Shown here in pieces: positions 24,561 through 37,938 of a stretch of 64,000 nucleotides of DNA. The DNA is from Phyllosticta citribraziliensis (taxonomy: Eukaryota). Where the stretch lies: NCBI RefSeq assembly GCF_038025025.1, contig NW_027117342.1:1674001-1738000 (forward strand). The letters run 5' to 3'. A program made the position numbers and the translations under genes. The notes under the pieces were generated by a model. The model was not told the DNA's origin, ran no database searches, and saw only the letters and a program-made list of their open reading frames with translations. How positions within the stretch are numbered: position 1 is the stretch's first letter; the number at the start of each line of letters is the position of its first letter.

Positions 24561-26269
24561 TCTTGGTTGCAATTTTGCAGACCAACTCTTCACCCCCTCC
24601 CTGCCTCGAGGCGTGCGGCCCCCTTTGGCCACCACAACGACCCCGACAAGTCAACGAATCTCGTGCGCAGCCGGGTGCAGCTCGTAAAACGCAATGTCGT
24701 CAATGTGGCCCGGTCACGACTGAGTCGCGCCTCGGAGGCGGTGTCGGAGAATGACGAGGACAAAGACGCAGATCCCAGGAAGGACACCAGACCGCTAGCA
24801 AGCGCCAGAAAGGGAAGCTGCTGCAGGAATCAAGAAGCGAGAGCGAGGGCAAGCACGTTCGGCAACAACCGGAGGCTCTGTATAGGATTACCAGGATTCC
24901 CGCCGGTCAGATTTTTCCCTAGGATTTGGTGGGCAGATCCGGTGTCGCCCCTGCGTGTGTTGAGGAGCGCTGGAAGAGTTGAAGCGCCTCCAGGTCTACC
25001 AAACCGCCGAAGAAGAGGTGATGCGGAGCAGAGGCACGCAGGGTCGGTGGCGGGCGACCGCAGAAGGGCCTTTTGATGCAAAAACAGCATATATAATCGG
25101 AAGCCCATCATCAGACAGGCGTCGTCGACAGCGAAACCCGTTAGCCGCCCAACGGCAGCCAGGACAACGGCACCCGGTCCAGTCTCGATATGCACGCGCA
25201 CTTTTGGCCGGTCAAGTGACGACGACGGGCGGTTCCTCCCATCAACGCGAGGCTGGCGGCCTGCACTGCAACAAGCGACTCATTTGCCACGGCCTGGTCA
25301 GTTCACTCAGAGACCACGTCGTGAGGTGTCGCTGCTGGCAAGCTGGCACGAGACGACACGACACGACACGACACGGGGTGCCTGTGGCCGTTGAGGGCTT
25401 GGCGAGGGAATGACGATTGTTGTATGGACGAGACCATGTCCCTGATTCGCGTGGCCATGGCTGGAGGGGAGAGGATTGGGATCACGTTCCGCCCGGGAGT
25501 GGCGGACTTGGACGAGAGAGCGAACAGACGACATCCCGGCTGGCGGAGAGTTTGCCGCGCGCGGAATGGCTGACGAGTGAAGAGCCCTCCTTGTGCCTTT
25601 GTCTCCATGGCCTGACGACGGAGGACAAGAGACAGGAGGGAGTCGCTCTGCAGGGAACTGAAACGAGGCAGATGGCGCGCAGAGCAGAGCAGAGCCAGCA
25701 TGACGGGACCGAGCAGCAGCAACGCGAAAGGCTGACGATATGGCGCTTGACACCGCATGTCTGGGCGCACTGACACGGATCGCGTGGGAGTGGGTGGGGT
25801 CGAAGCCATCAAAAATTTGATGACGGCCATGGTGGGAGAAGATACATAGGTACATGTTCACATCATGGGCGTGGTTCGGGCGGGCGGAGCCGTGGGATGG
25901 CGGTAGGGAATTGGTTTCCTTGCGACTGGAGTGCCGTAGAACGACAGAGAGGGAGCAGTGGAGAGGTGACAGAGTCGAAGGTAGGCACCGTAGGTAGGTA
26001 GGTACATGGCAGACGGGATGCTGAGCGCTGCAGTGTCCTTTTTTGTTCCTGGATCGTCGGCTTCGGGCGTTAAGGCTGGGTTCGCCTGTCAACCGTCAAG
26101 CGCACTGCCGGCATCCACCATGGGCCCGCCCAAGCACAATGAGGTAAGTGCAGACTGGACATGGCCCAGAGACTGACCACTCGAATTATTATTTCACCCT
26201 CGCCGCCCTCCATCACCACCCTCCCCTCGGCTGTATCTGCACATCTCCCCACGCCTCGAGCCGCACTCC

Positions 26270-28291
26270 ATGGCCAAGGCTCTTTCAAAGTCGTCCCCCA
26301 CCATGTCCTCCACCTCGACGCCCTCGTCGACGCCCGTCAAGCGCGCCTGCGACAGGTGAGCCCCAACACCCCGGTCCACTCACCCAACCCAACAATTGAC
26401 ACTTCTCCCCTCCCAGCTGCCACCGCCGCAAGGTCAAGTGTGTCGGTGAAGGCAACAAGCCCTGCAAGAATTGCATTTCGGCCGGCCTCAATTGCACCTA
26501 CAATGCCATTCCCCAGAAAAAGGGCCCCAAGGGCTCCCGCGCCAAAGTCCTCTCCGAGTTGCGCGAGAACCAACGCAATGCCCAGCTTGCTGCCACCGGC
26601 TTCCCCGATCTCTGGAACGCCCACAACATTGCCCTCCAAAGACAGCCTGGCCTCATGTCTCTGGACCTCGTCCACAGCTGCGTCGACTTTTACTTTCACC
26701 ACTTTTACCCGAGCCAGCCAATTCTCCACCACCAGCGCCTGCAGGACCTCATCCTCGCCATGGACCAGAACGTCGAGGCCTACTGCATGATCACCGCCCT
26801 GTGTGCCTACATGCTCGTCCAGTCAAACATGACGCTCCCTCCAACCATTGCTCCGCGGGGCCCCGATGGCCCAATTCCAAACGTCAACTTTGGCCACGTG
26901 CTGCTCGAGGAATCCGTGCGAGTACGCAAGGGCTACAACCACGCCGAGAATCCCTCCCGCTTCTCAGTCATCACGTCCTTTTTCTACTTTTGTTGCTACC
27001 ACTGCCTGGACAAGCAAAACTCGGCCTGGTACTACCTGCGCGAAGCCACCACCTACGCCCAAATCCTGGGCATGCACGACGAGGAGACGTACAAGACTGG
27101 GGACTACATCGAGACGGCGCGCAGGAGGAGATTATACTGGGTACTCTTCATTAATGAGAGGTCGGTCAATTGCCCGGAGTGTGGGGAAAAACCGCCGAGC
27201 TAATACCATGCCAGGGCCTATGCCATCCACAAGCACCGACCCATCACCCTCGAGGCCACGATAGACCTCCCAACCATGGATGAGGATCCGACCGAGCGCG
27301 TTCAGCTGTCTGGCTTTCTCCACCTAATCAACCTCTACAAGCCATTCGACCACACGTTCATGGGCCTCTGGAACAAGATCCGCACAGGATGCCTTCCCTC
27401 TTGGTTGGCAGAGATGCAGCAACAACTATCCAACTCTCTGCCTTCGTATCTCGAAGGCACTGAAGTGCAGGCCGTCGATCTGCGCACCTCGCAGCAGTGG
27501 CTGCGCACCATGGTCTGGCAGCTCGCAATCAGCCACGGCTTCATCTCATCCATGGCCCCCGATAGCACCATGAGCTTCAAGTATCCCATTGAGATTGCAA
27601 GGGACCTGGTGACAATGGCGAGTCAATTCTCGCAGCAAGCTATGGAGGTGCACGGAGTAGGCTTGGTAAGTTTGAAACAGGCGACAGCACTAATAAGGAT
27701 CATCCATGGACTGACTCTTCGTGTTCCCCACAGATTGAGAAGCTTTTCGATGTGGCATGCACCTTGACTGACGTCATGGCTTGCGTCCCGTTGGAGCAAC
27801 ACTCCTACGAGGTGGGCCCGCGGGACTATCTGCGACGTTTCGTCAACATCATGTCCACTCTTCGCGGAGGACAAACCCGTTATCTTGGCTTGCTGCTCCA
27901 AAAGATCAACGAGGTGCTCCCAAGCATGGGTGTGACCATGCCGCGTCTGGGCGCAACCTCTGCCCCTGCAAGCGCACGTTTGGACGAACTCTACGACAAC
28001 TCGACCTCCGTGTCTGCCCAGGCCTCGCATGTGGGATCTCACGAAGCGACGCCCTTTGAGTCGCCACCGCCAATGACGATACCAATGCCCGTTCGACAAA
28101 ACAGTCACTCGAGCATGCCATACCCCGAAATGCACGTCACGCCGCCCATGGGGGTGCCGGCGGAGAGTCCGGGTTTTTCGAATTTCACAACTGCCATGAG
28201 CTTCACGCATGCTGCGACAGCCGCGCCTGCACAAAGTGCCTACACTACACACGCCTCCCAAGGAAGCACGCACAGCGGCTTCTCCGGCTGA
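26270..28291 (+). CDS. col-26: Zn(II)2Cys6 transcription factor, COL-26/BglR/ART1-like, about 612 aa; exons 26270-26355, 26417-27160, 27215-27665, 27734-28291 (alternative in-frame ATG at 26303)
   Basis: KRACDSCHRRKVKCVGEGNKPCKNCISAGLNCTYNAIPQKKGPKGSRAKVLSELRE resembles the COL-26/BglR N-terminus as I recall it. The fungal transcription-factor middle region is present (RRRLYWVLFINERAY). All three GT-AG introns are frame-consistent. Confidence 0.85.
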
Positions 28292-30106
28292 GAACTTCCG
28301 TTCTTTTTGTATAGGATACTGGTAGTCTCCAAATCACGCCCCTCCCTCGACATGCGCCAACACGAGCTTCGCCGGGAAATTCCGCAGCCTTGCTCTATTC
28401 CCCTCTGCCCCGCGTGGAGGATACTTGTAAAAACGAAATGTTCAAAGCAGGGCAAAATTGACCGGGCGCAACGGTCTCGTGGCGGGCCAGGCCATGCCAC
28501 GCCAGGCGAACAAGCGCGGCGGGGTGGGGGCTGCATGGGTCAATCACGACTCACGATGGGTTGGCTGCACGTCAAAATCAAGGGCAGGCCTTGCATGACT
28601 AGGACAACCCGAGCAAACAAGCGAGCGAGCAATTAGACTTGTTATCGGTTGGGAGAGGCGGAAGAGATGGCGCAGGGGATCGGATGGTTTTTAGGGATGG
28701 GGTGGTTGCGGCGATGATTTTCCAGCGCGTTGCATGGCCTTTCTGCTCCAATCCGACGGCATCCGCGACTCATTTGGTTGGCCGATCGTAGTCGGCCTTG
28801 CCGGGACTTTGTGGGTGGAGGGTCTGGCTGTGCACGATTGCGTCTCTTGGCAAGGAATCCCCATCAATTCTCTTGATGCGAAAGAGGGGAAGAAGTTGCA
28901 GACACGTTGGTTTCTGAAGGGAATTCGAACATGCCGACGGCCGGAAAGCAAAGCAAAAGAGAAAACATCAAAAAAGTTCTGAAACAGACATGGAAACTCA
29001 AGGGACCAGCAACGACGGCGGCGGCAGCAGCGAAGAGGCGAAGCAACGAAAAGGCAACTTGAGGAGGGATGTGCGTGCGCGCATGCATGAGCGGCGCTCC
29101 GAAAGTTTAAATGGGCCAAACGAGGCTTTTCCCCCTCCATCCCTCCATCCCTCTTAGCACTCTGTTTTTTGACAATGGGCTTCTTCCCTGTCCTGACGCT
29201 TAACTGGCGAGGGCAGAGAGAGACAGACAGGAGAGGGAGGGGTGAAGAGCTTAAGCCCTTTCCCCGATGTCTTTCAGGGGCCACCCTGGGACAAACCACG
29301 TGTCGCCGGATGATGCTATGGCATGGCACCCTCGCCTCGCTTTACCTTGCATGGACGGGCTGGTGGTCGAGTGCCGTGCGCGTGCGGTGTGTCGCGCGGT
29401 TGAGGGGTTCTATCCACCCGCGTTTAGGGCGTTGTTGTTGCTGCTGGCACCACTGTAAGATGGGAGCACAGACAAGTCACGAATGATTTATTAGACGGTC
29501 GAGTTGAACATTGGAGTTGGCACTAGACAGCGAGGAGCATCACTGCATACTTGGTCATCATCGGCGCTTGGGCGGAATAGAATACACACCACGGCCTCGT
29601 CGCGTCATACTAAACCCCTACTGATTGAGTGCTCGAATCAAGCGAAACAGTTGGGAAGAAATGCTGCCACTGTCTCAATCTGTTTGTTTTGCGAGAGCGA
29701 GAGAGAGCGAGGAGAAAAGTGACCAGTTTCTTGGACACCTAGGAAATCGTTGCCCGGGCATCCCCTGCCTCCAGACTGATGACCTCCCCTCTCCGTCTTT
29801 CCCTCGACTGCCGGTACCTAGCTTCCGTGCGTCGTCACATGGCCCCCCTAAAAGTGATGTACATACACCATGTGGTGTCGGTAGCAAGCAGCCGCTGGCT
29901 GGCGTACCGTACCTAACCGCACAACCGCCCATCCAACCGCCCAGGCGCGCGTGCGCTGCTGCGGATAGCTCGCCGAACGACACGACGGTCGACGACAAAG
30001 CAGTAATCGCGATCAGATCGATTGGCGGACTGCTGATCTCGCTCCTGATCTGGTCCGCTTCGGTTGGTTTTCTTGTCATTTGTCTGTTTCGACGACATAC
30101 ATGGCC

Positions 30107-30140
30107 TGATCTTGATCTTGATCTGATCTGCTGATCTGAT
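30107..30140. repeat. (TGATCT/TGATC)n imperfect tandem repeat
   Basis: Sequence reads tgatcttgatcttgatctgatctgctgatctgat. Confidence 0.8.
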
Positions 30141-33100
30141 GTGTCTCCTCCTGTCCAGTTAATGACAAACGGAGACGATGACGGCGACCTCGACGGCCTC
30201 GACGACCTCGACTGATTCATTGTTTGGTCAAGTAGGTAGGCGGGCATTTCACTTCGACGTCGCACAGTATTGCGCACGCGCACTTCCAACACGTATTTGT
30301 CGGCGAAGTAGCCACTGCTCTCACACACACTCTCTCCCCTTCTTCGGGAAGCCATGTTGAATCACGGCTGTTTGCCGATTTTCGTCGTCTGACTCCGTAT
30401 TTGCTTGCTTTCGACGCTTGTTGGAGCGGCAAGAAGGAAGCAGAGAGGACAAGCAAAAGCTTGGTAGCTGAGGCTCTCACGCAGACCCCTTCTCTTGCGA
30501 TTTTTCAATCTTTCGGTTGACTGATCAATTGTGATTTGCAAGTGGCGGTATGAGAGCAAAGGGGGGTGACGGATCTTTGAGGAACTTGCATAATGGTGAA
30601 GATGAAAGAACATGTCTAGGCAAGGAAAGAAGCAATGGTGTTTCCTACTACGTCCGGCTTGTCTATTCTGATGCACCTCCCCCTTCCCCTTCGCCATTGC
30701 CACCATACCAGCGCATAAATTTTACTTGGTTACACGCCCATCGCTGCAATACAGTGTACACTATACCAACACATGCAAAATTTAATCTGCTCGCTACTAC
30801 ATGGCTATCTCACCAATGAACAATGCCTACACGGCGCCAGCTCCGTTCCCTGCTCACCATTCCGCGATACAGCCCTACGCATTCAAGGACATATGCTTAT
30901 GTAGATACGAACGCACGCACGCACTCACGCGGAACGGCTTAGCCGGCTCCGCGCCACCAGAGAATGGCGGGTGGCGAGCAGAGAGGGGTGTGTGATAGGG
31001 CTTGTCCGGCTGCTGTGATACTCGCGTGGGCTGAGTGAATAGCCAAATGGACGGTGGATGGATGCATGGTGGCATGGGTCCGGAGGCGCCACGCGTACGT
31101 GCAGGCAGGGGAAGCAAGCAGAGAAAGAAAGTAGACATGGTGATGAACGAGAGGGGCGTGCGAGGACAACAGGGTAGCGCGGGCGAAGGAGGCGTGAGGA
31201 GACGAGAGGAGGTGGAGACAAGTACTGTGTACCGTATGACGTGATGAGCGAGAGGGGTGAGGGGAGAGGAGTAAAGTTTGGCGCGACCACGGTGACGAGA
31301 GCATAGACGGCTCGTGGGCGTAGTTGGTCTTGCGTTTTCCCGCTCCCCTGTCTCTTTGACCCGCGAGAGGAGAAGGAAGGGCGGGTGAGGTGGCGCCTTT
31401 TGCTATCAAGGAGGTGATCATAGAAGAAGAGGGGTGTGTGTGGTGTGCCTAGTGACGCTTGCCGATGTCCCGTGCGGACGTCCTGTAATTGAGTTCGAAG
31501 TTGCTTTGATCAGTCCTTTGGTTGAACGTTCTGTTGGTGTTCAGTATACTGTACCTACAGGACGGGAATCGAAGCCGGGGATGAGGTAGCAGGGAGTAGG
31601 TCGAGCGGGTGGTTGGTCCGAAGCGCTGGGTAGGATGCCATGCCAGCACGCACGGGAAGTTGGCTGTTGCCACGGTATGGATGCGCAAGCGGGAGTGGGA
31701 GGCATGGGTGGGAGGAAAGTTTGTGACCTGGCAGCTGGTCGAGGGAATGGGGGCAACGGGTGGGGAAAAGGTGGTGGACTTGCGGTAGACATCGGGGAAT
31801 CTTGTCGACAAGGCTGCGTCATAATTGCTCCATCAGTAATTCAATTTGGGGTTGAATACAGGATTGACTCGTCCACAGTACCTTTTGATGTTCGATTGAG
31901 GTCAGAGCCTGAGTCTCTGCTTCTGGCCGTCCACACCATACACTTGTCGACGGCGAAGACAAATGCCACGGAGAGTTATACTCCCGGTCAGCTCTCCTGC
32001 ACGTTGACATATCTCACCCACTTTCCGCCGCCAACCCTGCCTACCACTGCATTGAGCGCAAATTTAGCGCCTTGGCTCGAACTCCTGGTCCAACAACACT
32101 CATGACCCAAATCTCGTTTGTTATGCCGGAGCTCCGATTCCTTTTTTGTAAGCCCAGGTCGACAAAAGACGGAGTGACGGGCGGGTGGTATAAGCCTTCG
32201 CAAACGACATCTGCGACCAATGGTTGATAGCGCTACGATTCTGTCCAGTCGGGGACTTGGTTGGGCATATGTGGCAGACGTCGTCGTTGAGGATGCGCTG
32301 CATGCATGCCGCGGCTGGGCGATACAGGAAAGTAAGCGGGGAAATCCCCGTTCATGCAGCCCGGGGGAAACGGCGACCGGGGCAAGCGGGAGAGCGGCTG
32401 TTTCACCAGACTTGGTTAACAGGCAGGCGGCATAGGCTGGGGCATGGCTGCGAGAGGTGTGCCACGTTGGGAAGGTGGTGATGGACATCGAAATCCAGAT
32501 GCTTTTCTTCAAGTGTTTGCTTGGAGAAGGGGGCGGAGGCTTTCGGCGAGCGGGGTTGTCTTGATAAGACTTCTTAATTTTGAAAAAAGGAGAATGCCGA
32601 ATATTGAGCTGTGAGCGCAAGGCATCAGAGTTGCTTGATTTTCGTCGTGCATGGTTGCGCGTTACTGCCATTGGTCCAGTCAGCATGCAGACGCGGCAAG
32701 TCCGAGTGAAGAAAGCACACATGGCCGCTCAGCAGGCGACAAACTATCGTGGTTTCAAAGGTGCTTGTCAATAAGAGAGTAGGGTTGACAAACAATGCCT
32801 CCCGCGCTTGGTAGTTGCGTGCCGGGTTTAGGCACCAGGACCAGATGCAAGTGTTGATCATTTCAGTTTGCTGGGTTGTCCTGCTGAGGGCTCGGTACGA
32901 GACTTGGCTATGATGTCGACTCTTTTGATTCCGTTAGAGGTGAGGGGACGCTCCGGTCAAGGTTTAGGAAGCTTCTAATTCCTAGTAGCAGATCATATCA
33001 GGCTATTAGATTTTCCATGGCGTGGATCAAGGTAATGAAGAGCGCAGCCGTGCAGCACGACTGAATACGATAATATGCTGCATCCTCAATATCACTGCTC

Positions 33101-34507
33101 GAGCGCCGTTCTTGGCGCCTTAAATGTAGGCCGAAGTGCGTAGATGCAAGTTACAAGCCATTGACCTCACCGATCTTTGGGTTTGGATTAGACCGTCGGG
33201 GATAGGAAGGTCGAAGCGGAAAAGGGCTGGTAGTAAGACCTGTCGCAAACTGGATAACGGCTCAAATAATCTTTATGCTCATGCCCCGGACCCTTGATCC
33301 TGCAGGGTCCACGGGTGGCGGTAGTTGGCGTCGATCCTTTTCCTCCTGAGTTAAGCGGCCCGAGGCTTTGGGCACGCAGAGGTGTGCCATGGATTCGCGG
33401 CAACGTATGGTTTGCGAAATGACAGTCGTCTGTTCAAGGCGAAGCGACGGAGCAGGTGTTTCGTTTTCCAATACCCCAAACCGCGCGTCAAAAGCGTGAG
33501 CTGGAACCAAGTTTTTGTTACGGCGGGGAGAATCCTGGTCTAGAGAGGCGGGAAAATGTCAACACATGGAAGAGACGGGCCAGCGTTGGAACTTACTTGC
33601 CAAACATGGCTAATGATGCGTCGCCGCTCACAATTACCACTGACTATAACTCCCAGTGACTGCAAAACCTACGGTATACAAGCGGAATAGGGTTGCTCAA
33701 GAAGACGAAGAGACACGACCATGACTCCAGTTCTTCCATATTCAACTGGCCGACATTGTCTCAGTCAATCCATTCTCCAAAGCTAGATGCTCGTAACTTA
33801 TTTTTGTTCTGCGACCCCTAGCTAGACCTTTTTAGCAGGGTTACAGTAAACCTTTGTTTCTTCACAAGTCTTGATGTCTTATTCCCGGCGGGAAATTGGA
33901 TACAATTTGGTCGAAGTACTTGAAGGATGCTCACCGTGATGAGAAACCTGCGAATTTGCTTGCTTTACTTTAAGAAGAGCGGATCTCCCCGACAGACATA
34001 AAGCATCAACCACAAGCGCGTGGGCAAGGCTGCGGATCATTCTGACCAGCGCCCAAAGGCGCGCGAAGCTCCCGGATTGAAGTCAACAGCCCGGCGCGAT
34101 CTCGTCCCGAGGATCTTCTTCGTCAAAAGCTTGAAAGTGACCTCCCAACTTGGGGCCAATCAAGTTAAAGAGTTGATCTCAGGGTCTCAGCCATGTAGCC
34201 AATCCGTTTCCTTGTCCATTCATAGAGCTGGGCTGCTATGACGTCGCAGAAGGAACGAAAACACTCGAGGACCTAAAAGGCATGGCATGTGCTCTTCCGC
34301 ATAGCTGGTATCGAGACTCGATACCGAGGTAAAGTCGCTGCTGTGATTTCATTTCATTTTTTGAACGAGATGTGGGATATCAACCATCTGTGTGAATTTA
34401 GCAAGGACGTCATGAAATAGACTTTGGCTTGGACAAAATGACGTGCACGAAACGAGGCACAAAGCCTGTGGACGAATCTACGTTCCGTGTCCAAATGAAA
34501 TCCACGT

Positions 34508-34550
34508 AAGTTCCGCACAAGTTCCGCACAAGTTCCGCATGAATTCCGCG
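34508..34550. repeat. 11-bp tandem repeat AAGTTCCGCAC: two exact copies, one single-mismatch copy and one more divergent copy, giving four CGG triplets spaced by N8 on the minus strand
   Basis: CCG at 34513, 34524, 34535 and 34546, an exact 11-bp period. Confidence 0.9.
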
Positions 34551-35927
34551 ATAGAACGGAATTACCCACAAGTGTTTTGACGTTGAGCCAAAATGGAGGC
34601 CGGGCTAAGTGGGAAGGTTTCACCGGCCCATGTCAAACTTGGTCATGTGTAATTCTTCTTCCAGGGCAAGTTGGGCGTCGGAGCGGGAATCGACTTGCGA
34701 ACGGGAGACGACAGACAGAGGCAACTGAGTTGTTGGTTTGTTTGGCAGGCGAGAGAAAGCGGAAGCTAGGAGGTTCGGGGCGGAGCGAACTGCAAGGGAC
34801 CCGAGAGCCGCGTGGCGCGCATCAAACGCGAGCCAGGAATCCGCTTTGGGACGACGAGTGGAATCAAGGCAGGGTGCATGGTGTGTTGAGCAGGTGGCTG
34901 TGGGGGTTGTACGCTGGCCGTGGCAGCGGCAAGAATCGCGGTTGGATTCAGCGACGCCATTGTTCACCTGCTCGTGTCCGTCACGCGGCCAAGGAGTCTG
35001 CCTCGGTCAAGTGGTTGGCGCCTGGCGTTGGGTTGGCAGATTTTCGTTAGCTTGGGTCGACGCGGTGCCTCGAGCTCCCTGGCAGACGGGACGATCCGGG
35101 GTGGGGGTTGGAGTAGCAAAGAAAGCGAAGGGCTGCTGTGTATCGCTGTCGCCAAAGAAGATTGCGGTGCGACCTGGGGGCTTAGTAACGAGGCAGCCAC
35201 GATGCATTGCGGCAAGTGGTCCGGCTGTCGTGTCGCCCTTCTCGAACGGACATGGACCTGAGCCTTGCCTTTGGTGTTTCAGCTGACAGCGTCATCTCCC
35301 GCCCTCCGCCTGCCTCAGGTGCCTCAGGTCTCCATGTGCTTCACCAACGTGCCCACGACAGCCATCACGACCACGTCGCCATGCTACCTTGCGACCCGGC
35401 CGCTGGACTCATCCATTGGCAACGGAACCTGCCTGGGCTCCATGTCCGTGGTAGTCTGCCACTCTGGTCGAGGCCATGAGGTCACCGTGGCCGCCCCAGC
35501 CATAGGCAATGTTTCGACAAAAGCAACGCCCCGAGGACCTTTTCTTGTGTCAAGGGAAGCGTGGCTTGCTCTCGCGACCAAATAAACCCTCGACGCTGCC
35601 CACCACTCACATGCCGATTCGCACGCGATTCAGCTTTTCCGTCCATCTCGACTCAGTTGCAGCTTGCCGCTCCCGCTACAAATAACCTTGGCCTTTTTCG
35701 CCCTTTGCGACTCCGCGACCCTTCTCAACTGGGACCCTTTGACGCTGCACTGGATTGGGGTCGTCGTGGCGTCTCTCATTGTCAGTTTGGGCTGCTGATA
35801 TCATCAAGTACTCCCAGGCTACCAACTGTCCGATTCAGGAAGACCAAGCCCGAGGCATTTCAACATAAACCGCCGCCTTTCTTTCACCATCGCCTTTCGC
35901 TGAACTTGCCAGTCGGCTTTGGAAGAC

Positions 35928-37069
35928 ATGGCCCACCTCACTTCCCTTCCTTCGGAGCTTCTGCTGCACATTCTGAGCTACCTCCCAATAAGATCTTTGT
36001 TGGCCTTTTCGGAAACCAGTCGCATGGCCTACATCCTGGCCTCTTCCAGCCTGCAGACCTTGTCCTTGGGAATATACCCAAACCGCGTCTCTTCGTTGAT
36101 CAGCCAACTTTCGAGTTCGAGTCCGACTGCGTCGCCCTTCTCCCGCAGCGCCAGGAGCAGTCTTCATGAAAGCACCATCGTGACCTCGGGAGAAGCTTCG
36201 ACTTACGGCCTTTTCAACGAGGCAAACACCGTCGCACACGTCATACCCAAAGCATCTGAGCACCGACCAAACACACTCCTGACCTTTCACACGGCTTTGA
36301 CCTCTTCCATTCTCTCGCGGTATTGCGTCTCCATGCGAAATCTGGAGCTGTCGGTTTGGGCCCTAACACCACCCATTGCCGATGCCCTTGCGAGCCTCAA
36401 GAACGTTCGCTGCCTAAGCCTGCGAGTCGAAGATCCGTTTGGTCGCGGCTTCTTGCGCAGATGGATCATCAATTGGGGAAACACAACGGATGATGAGGAC
36501 ATTTCTCCGCGCAGTTCGCCCAGTTTTTTCCGCGCAATGCCTGAAGCGGGAAGCGGGACCGAGTGGAACAAGTTTGCCGACGCATGGGGTCGGCTGGAGA
36601 CGCTCCGGCTCATGGGCGCTGAAATCAGCGACTGGCAGCTATGCAGAATCCTCGAGCGGAATCCAGGTCTGAAAGAGTTGTGGCTTAAGAAGTGCCCGGA
36701 CGTCGGACGAGACTTGCTCAAATACATGGCTGAAGAGTGGGATGGAAGGCTAGGCTTGGACGCATTGAGTCTGATCGAGTGTGACGCGGCGGTGGAGATT
36801 GACGAGGAAGCCATGGAATACATCGGGGAGCTGACAAACCTCAAGGTAGGCGCCCTGATTTGAACATGGATGAATGGCTGAACTCTGACCATGATTAGCA
36901 CTTGTCGCTCCTTGGATGTAGAGGAGTGTCGAACAATGTTGTCGCCCGATCAAATCACGATTTCTGGCATATACCAGCTATCGAACTTCCTCACGTGGCG
37001 GAACCAGGACTCGTGCCGGCCGTGATCGAAGTCGACCCAGCATATGGCGACGATGATTCACTCTGGTGA
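35928..37069 (+). CDS. F-box protein with C-terminal LRR-like repeats, about 362 aa; exons 35928-36845, 36899-37069
   Basis: N-terminal LTSLPSELLLHILSYLPIRSLLAFSETSR F-box. LRR-like segments LETLRL, LKELWLKKCPDV and LKHLSLLGCRGV. A 53-nt GT-AG intron, and the protein ends IEVDPAYGDDDSLW. Confidence 0.88.
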
Positions 37070-37938
37070 GGATGCCAAAAGGCAAATTCGATGGACCGAT
37101 GTTTGATTTTGCATCGACTGGACATCGTTTCGATCTTTCTGCACGGGATGAGGAATGGGAAACTCCTCGGGGCTCTTGCATCATCGTCCCGTGTACTGTC
37201 ACACTGAATTCTGCACCGGCGCTGTGATCTTGCACTGCACCTCAAAGCTGGGTCATCCTGAGCGGCCAAACAGACTACAGCGGTGTTTCCTCAGGTGGAA
37301 CAGCCGGGAGACTGTCGCTTCCATTCCGCCAATTGCAGGTTTGCCGACTCACGCTGCACCCCGACGCCCTGGCAGTGGATAACTTGGGGCCAATGGCGAG
37401 CAGCAGGCATTCAAATGTCCGAGGAGCAGATGGTTGACCTGAGCCCTACTCAAGGCCTACACCACGGCATCAAAACTCGGGCCCCAAGTGAGAGTTCAAG
37501 GAGGCGACAGGACCTTGGCCGAGGTTGGCACAAGAGCTTGGAGCGGGCTCGCAATATTGAACTTACTCGTCTTCGCGACTGGTAGCACTGAGGAGCGAAT
37601 CGATTGCTGATTGCGACAAACTTTTTGGCGACGGTATTTTCTGAAAATGTCCGTTTTGTGGCCGGAATGGGTATAGCTCAATGGATTCACTTGCGATGTG
37701 AATCTCAACTTCACTCTGACCTCAAGTGAAAGGCACACCGCCCGCTAATTCGCCAGGCCACTGGTTTTTCGATCATAATGCTATTGAGCTCCGTCTCGTC
37801 TCGTCTTGCCTCCCACCCTCGTTCACCACTCCACCCCCAACACCACGCGCTTTGACGTCGCCGCTGTACCCTCGACCGTACAGCTCGCTCTCATCGCCTC
37901 GTTCAACACCGCACCTTTCACGCCTTTGAGCTTTCAAA

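Noticed and set aside
22341..26100. Many overlapping 100-260 aa ORFs upstream of the Zn2Cys6 gene
   Set aside because: Expected by chance in GC-rich DNA, interrupted by microsatellites, and no protein family recognised.
11946..28291. Metallothionein, MFS, cytochrome b561 and Zn2Cys6 TF as a metal-resistance or secondary-metabolite cluster
   Set aside because: No PKS/NRPS/terpene backbone gene, the genes are widely spaced, and the TF resembles a carbon-utilisation regulator. Co-location alone is not evidence.
34508..34550. CRISPR-like interpretation of the 11-bp repeat
   Set aside because: No spacers, repeats are too short, the context is eukaryotic, and there are no cas genes.
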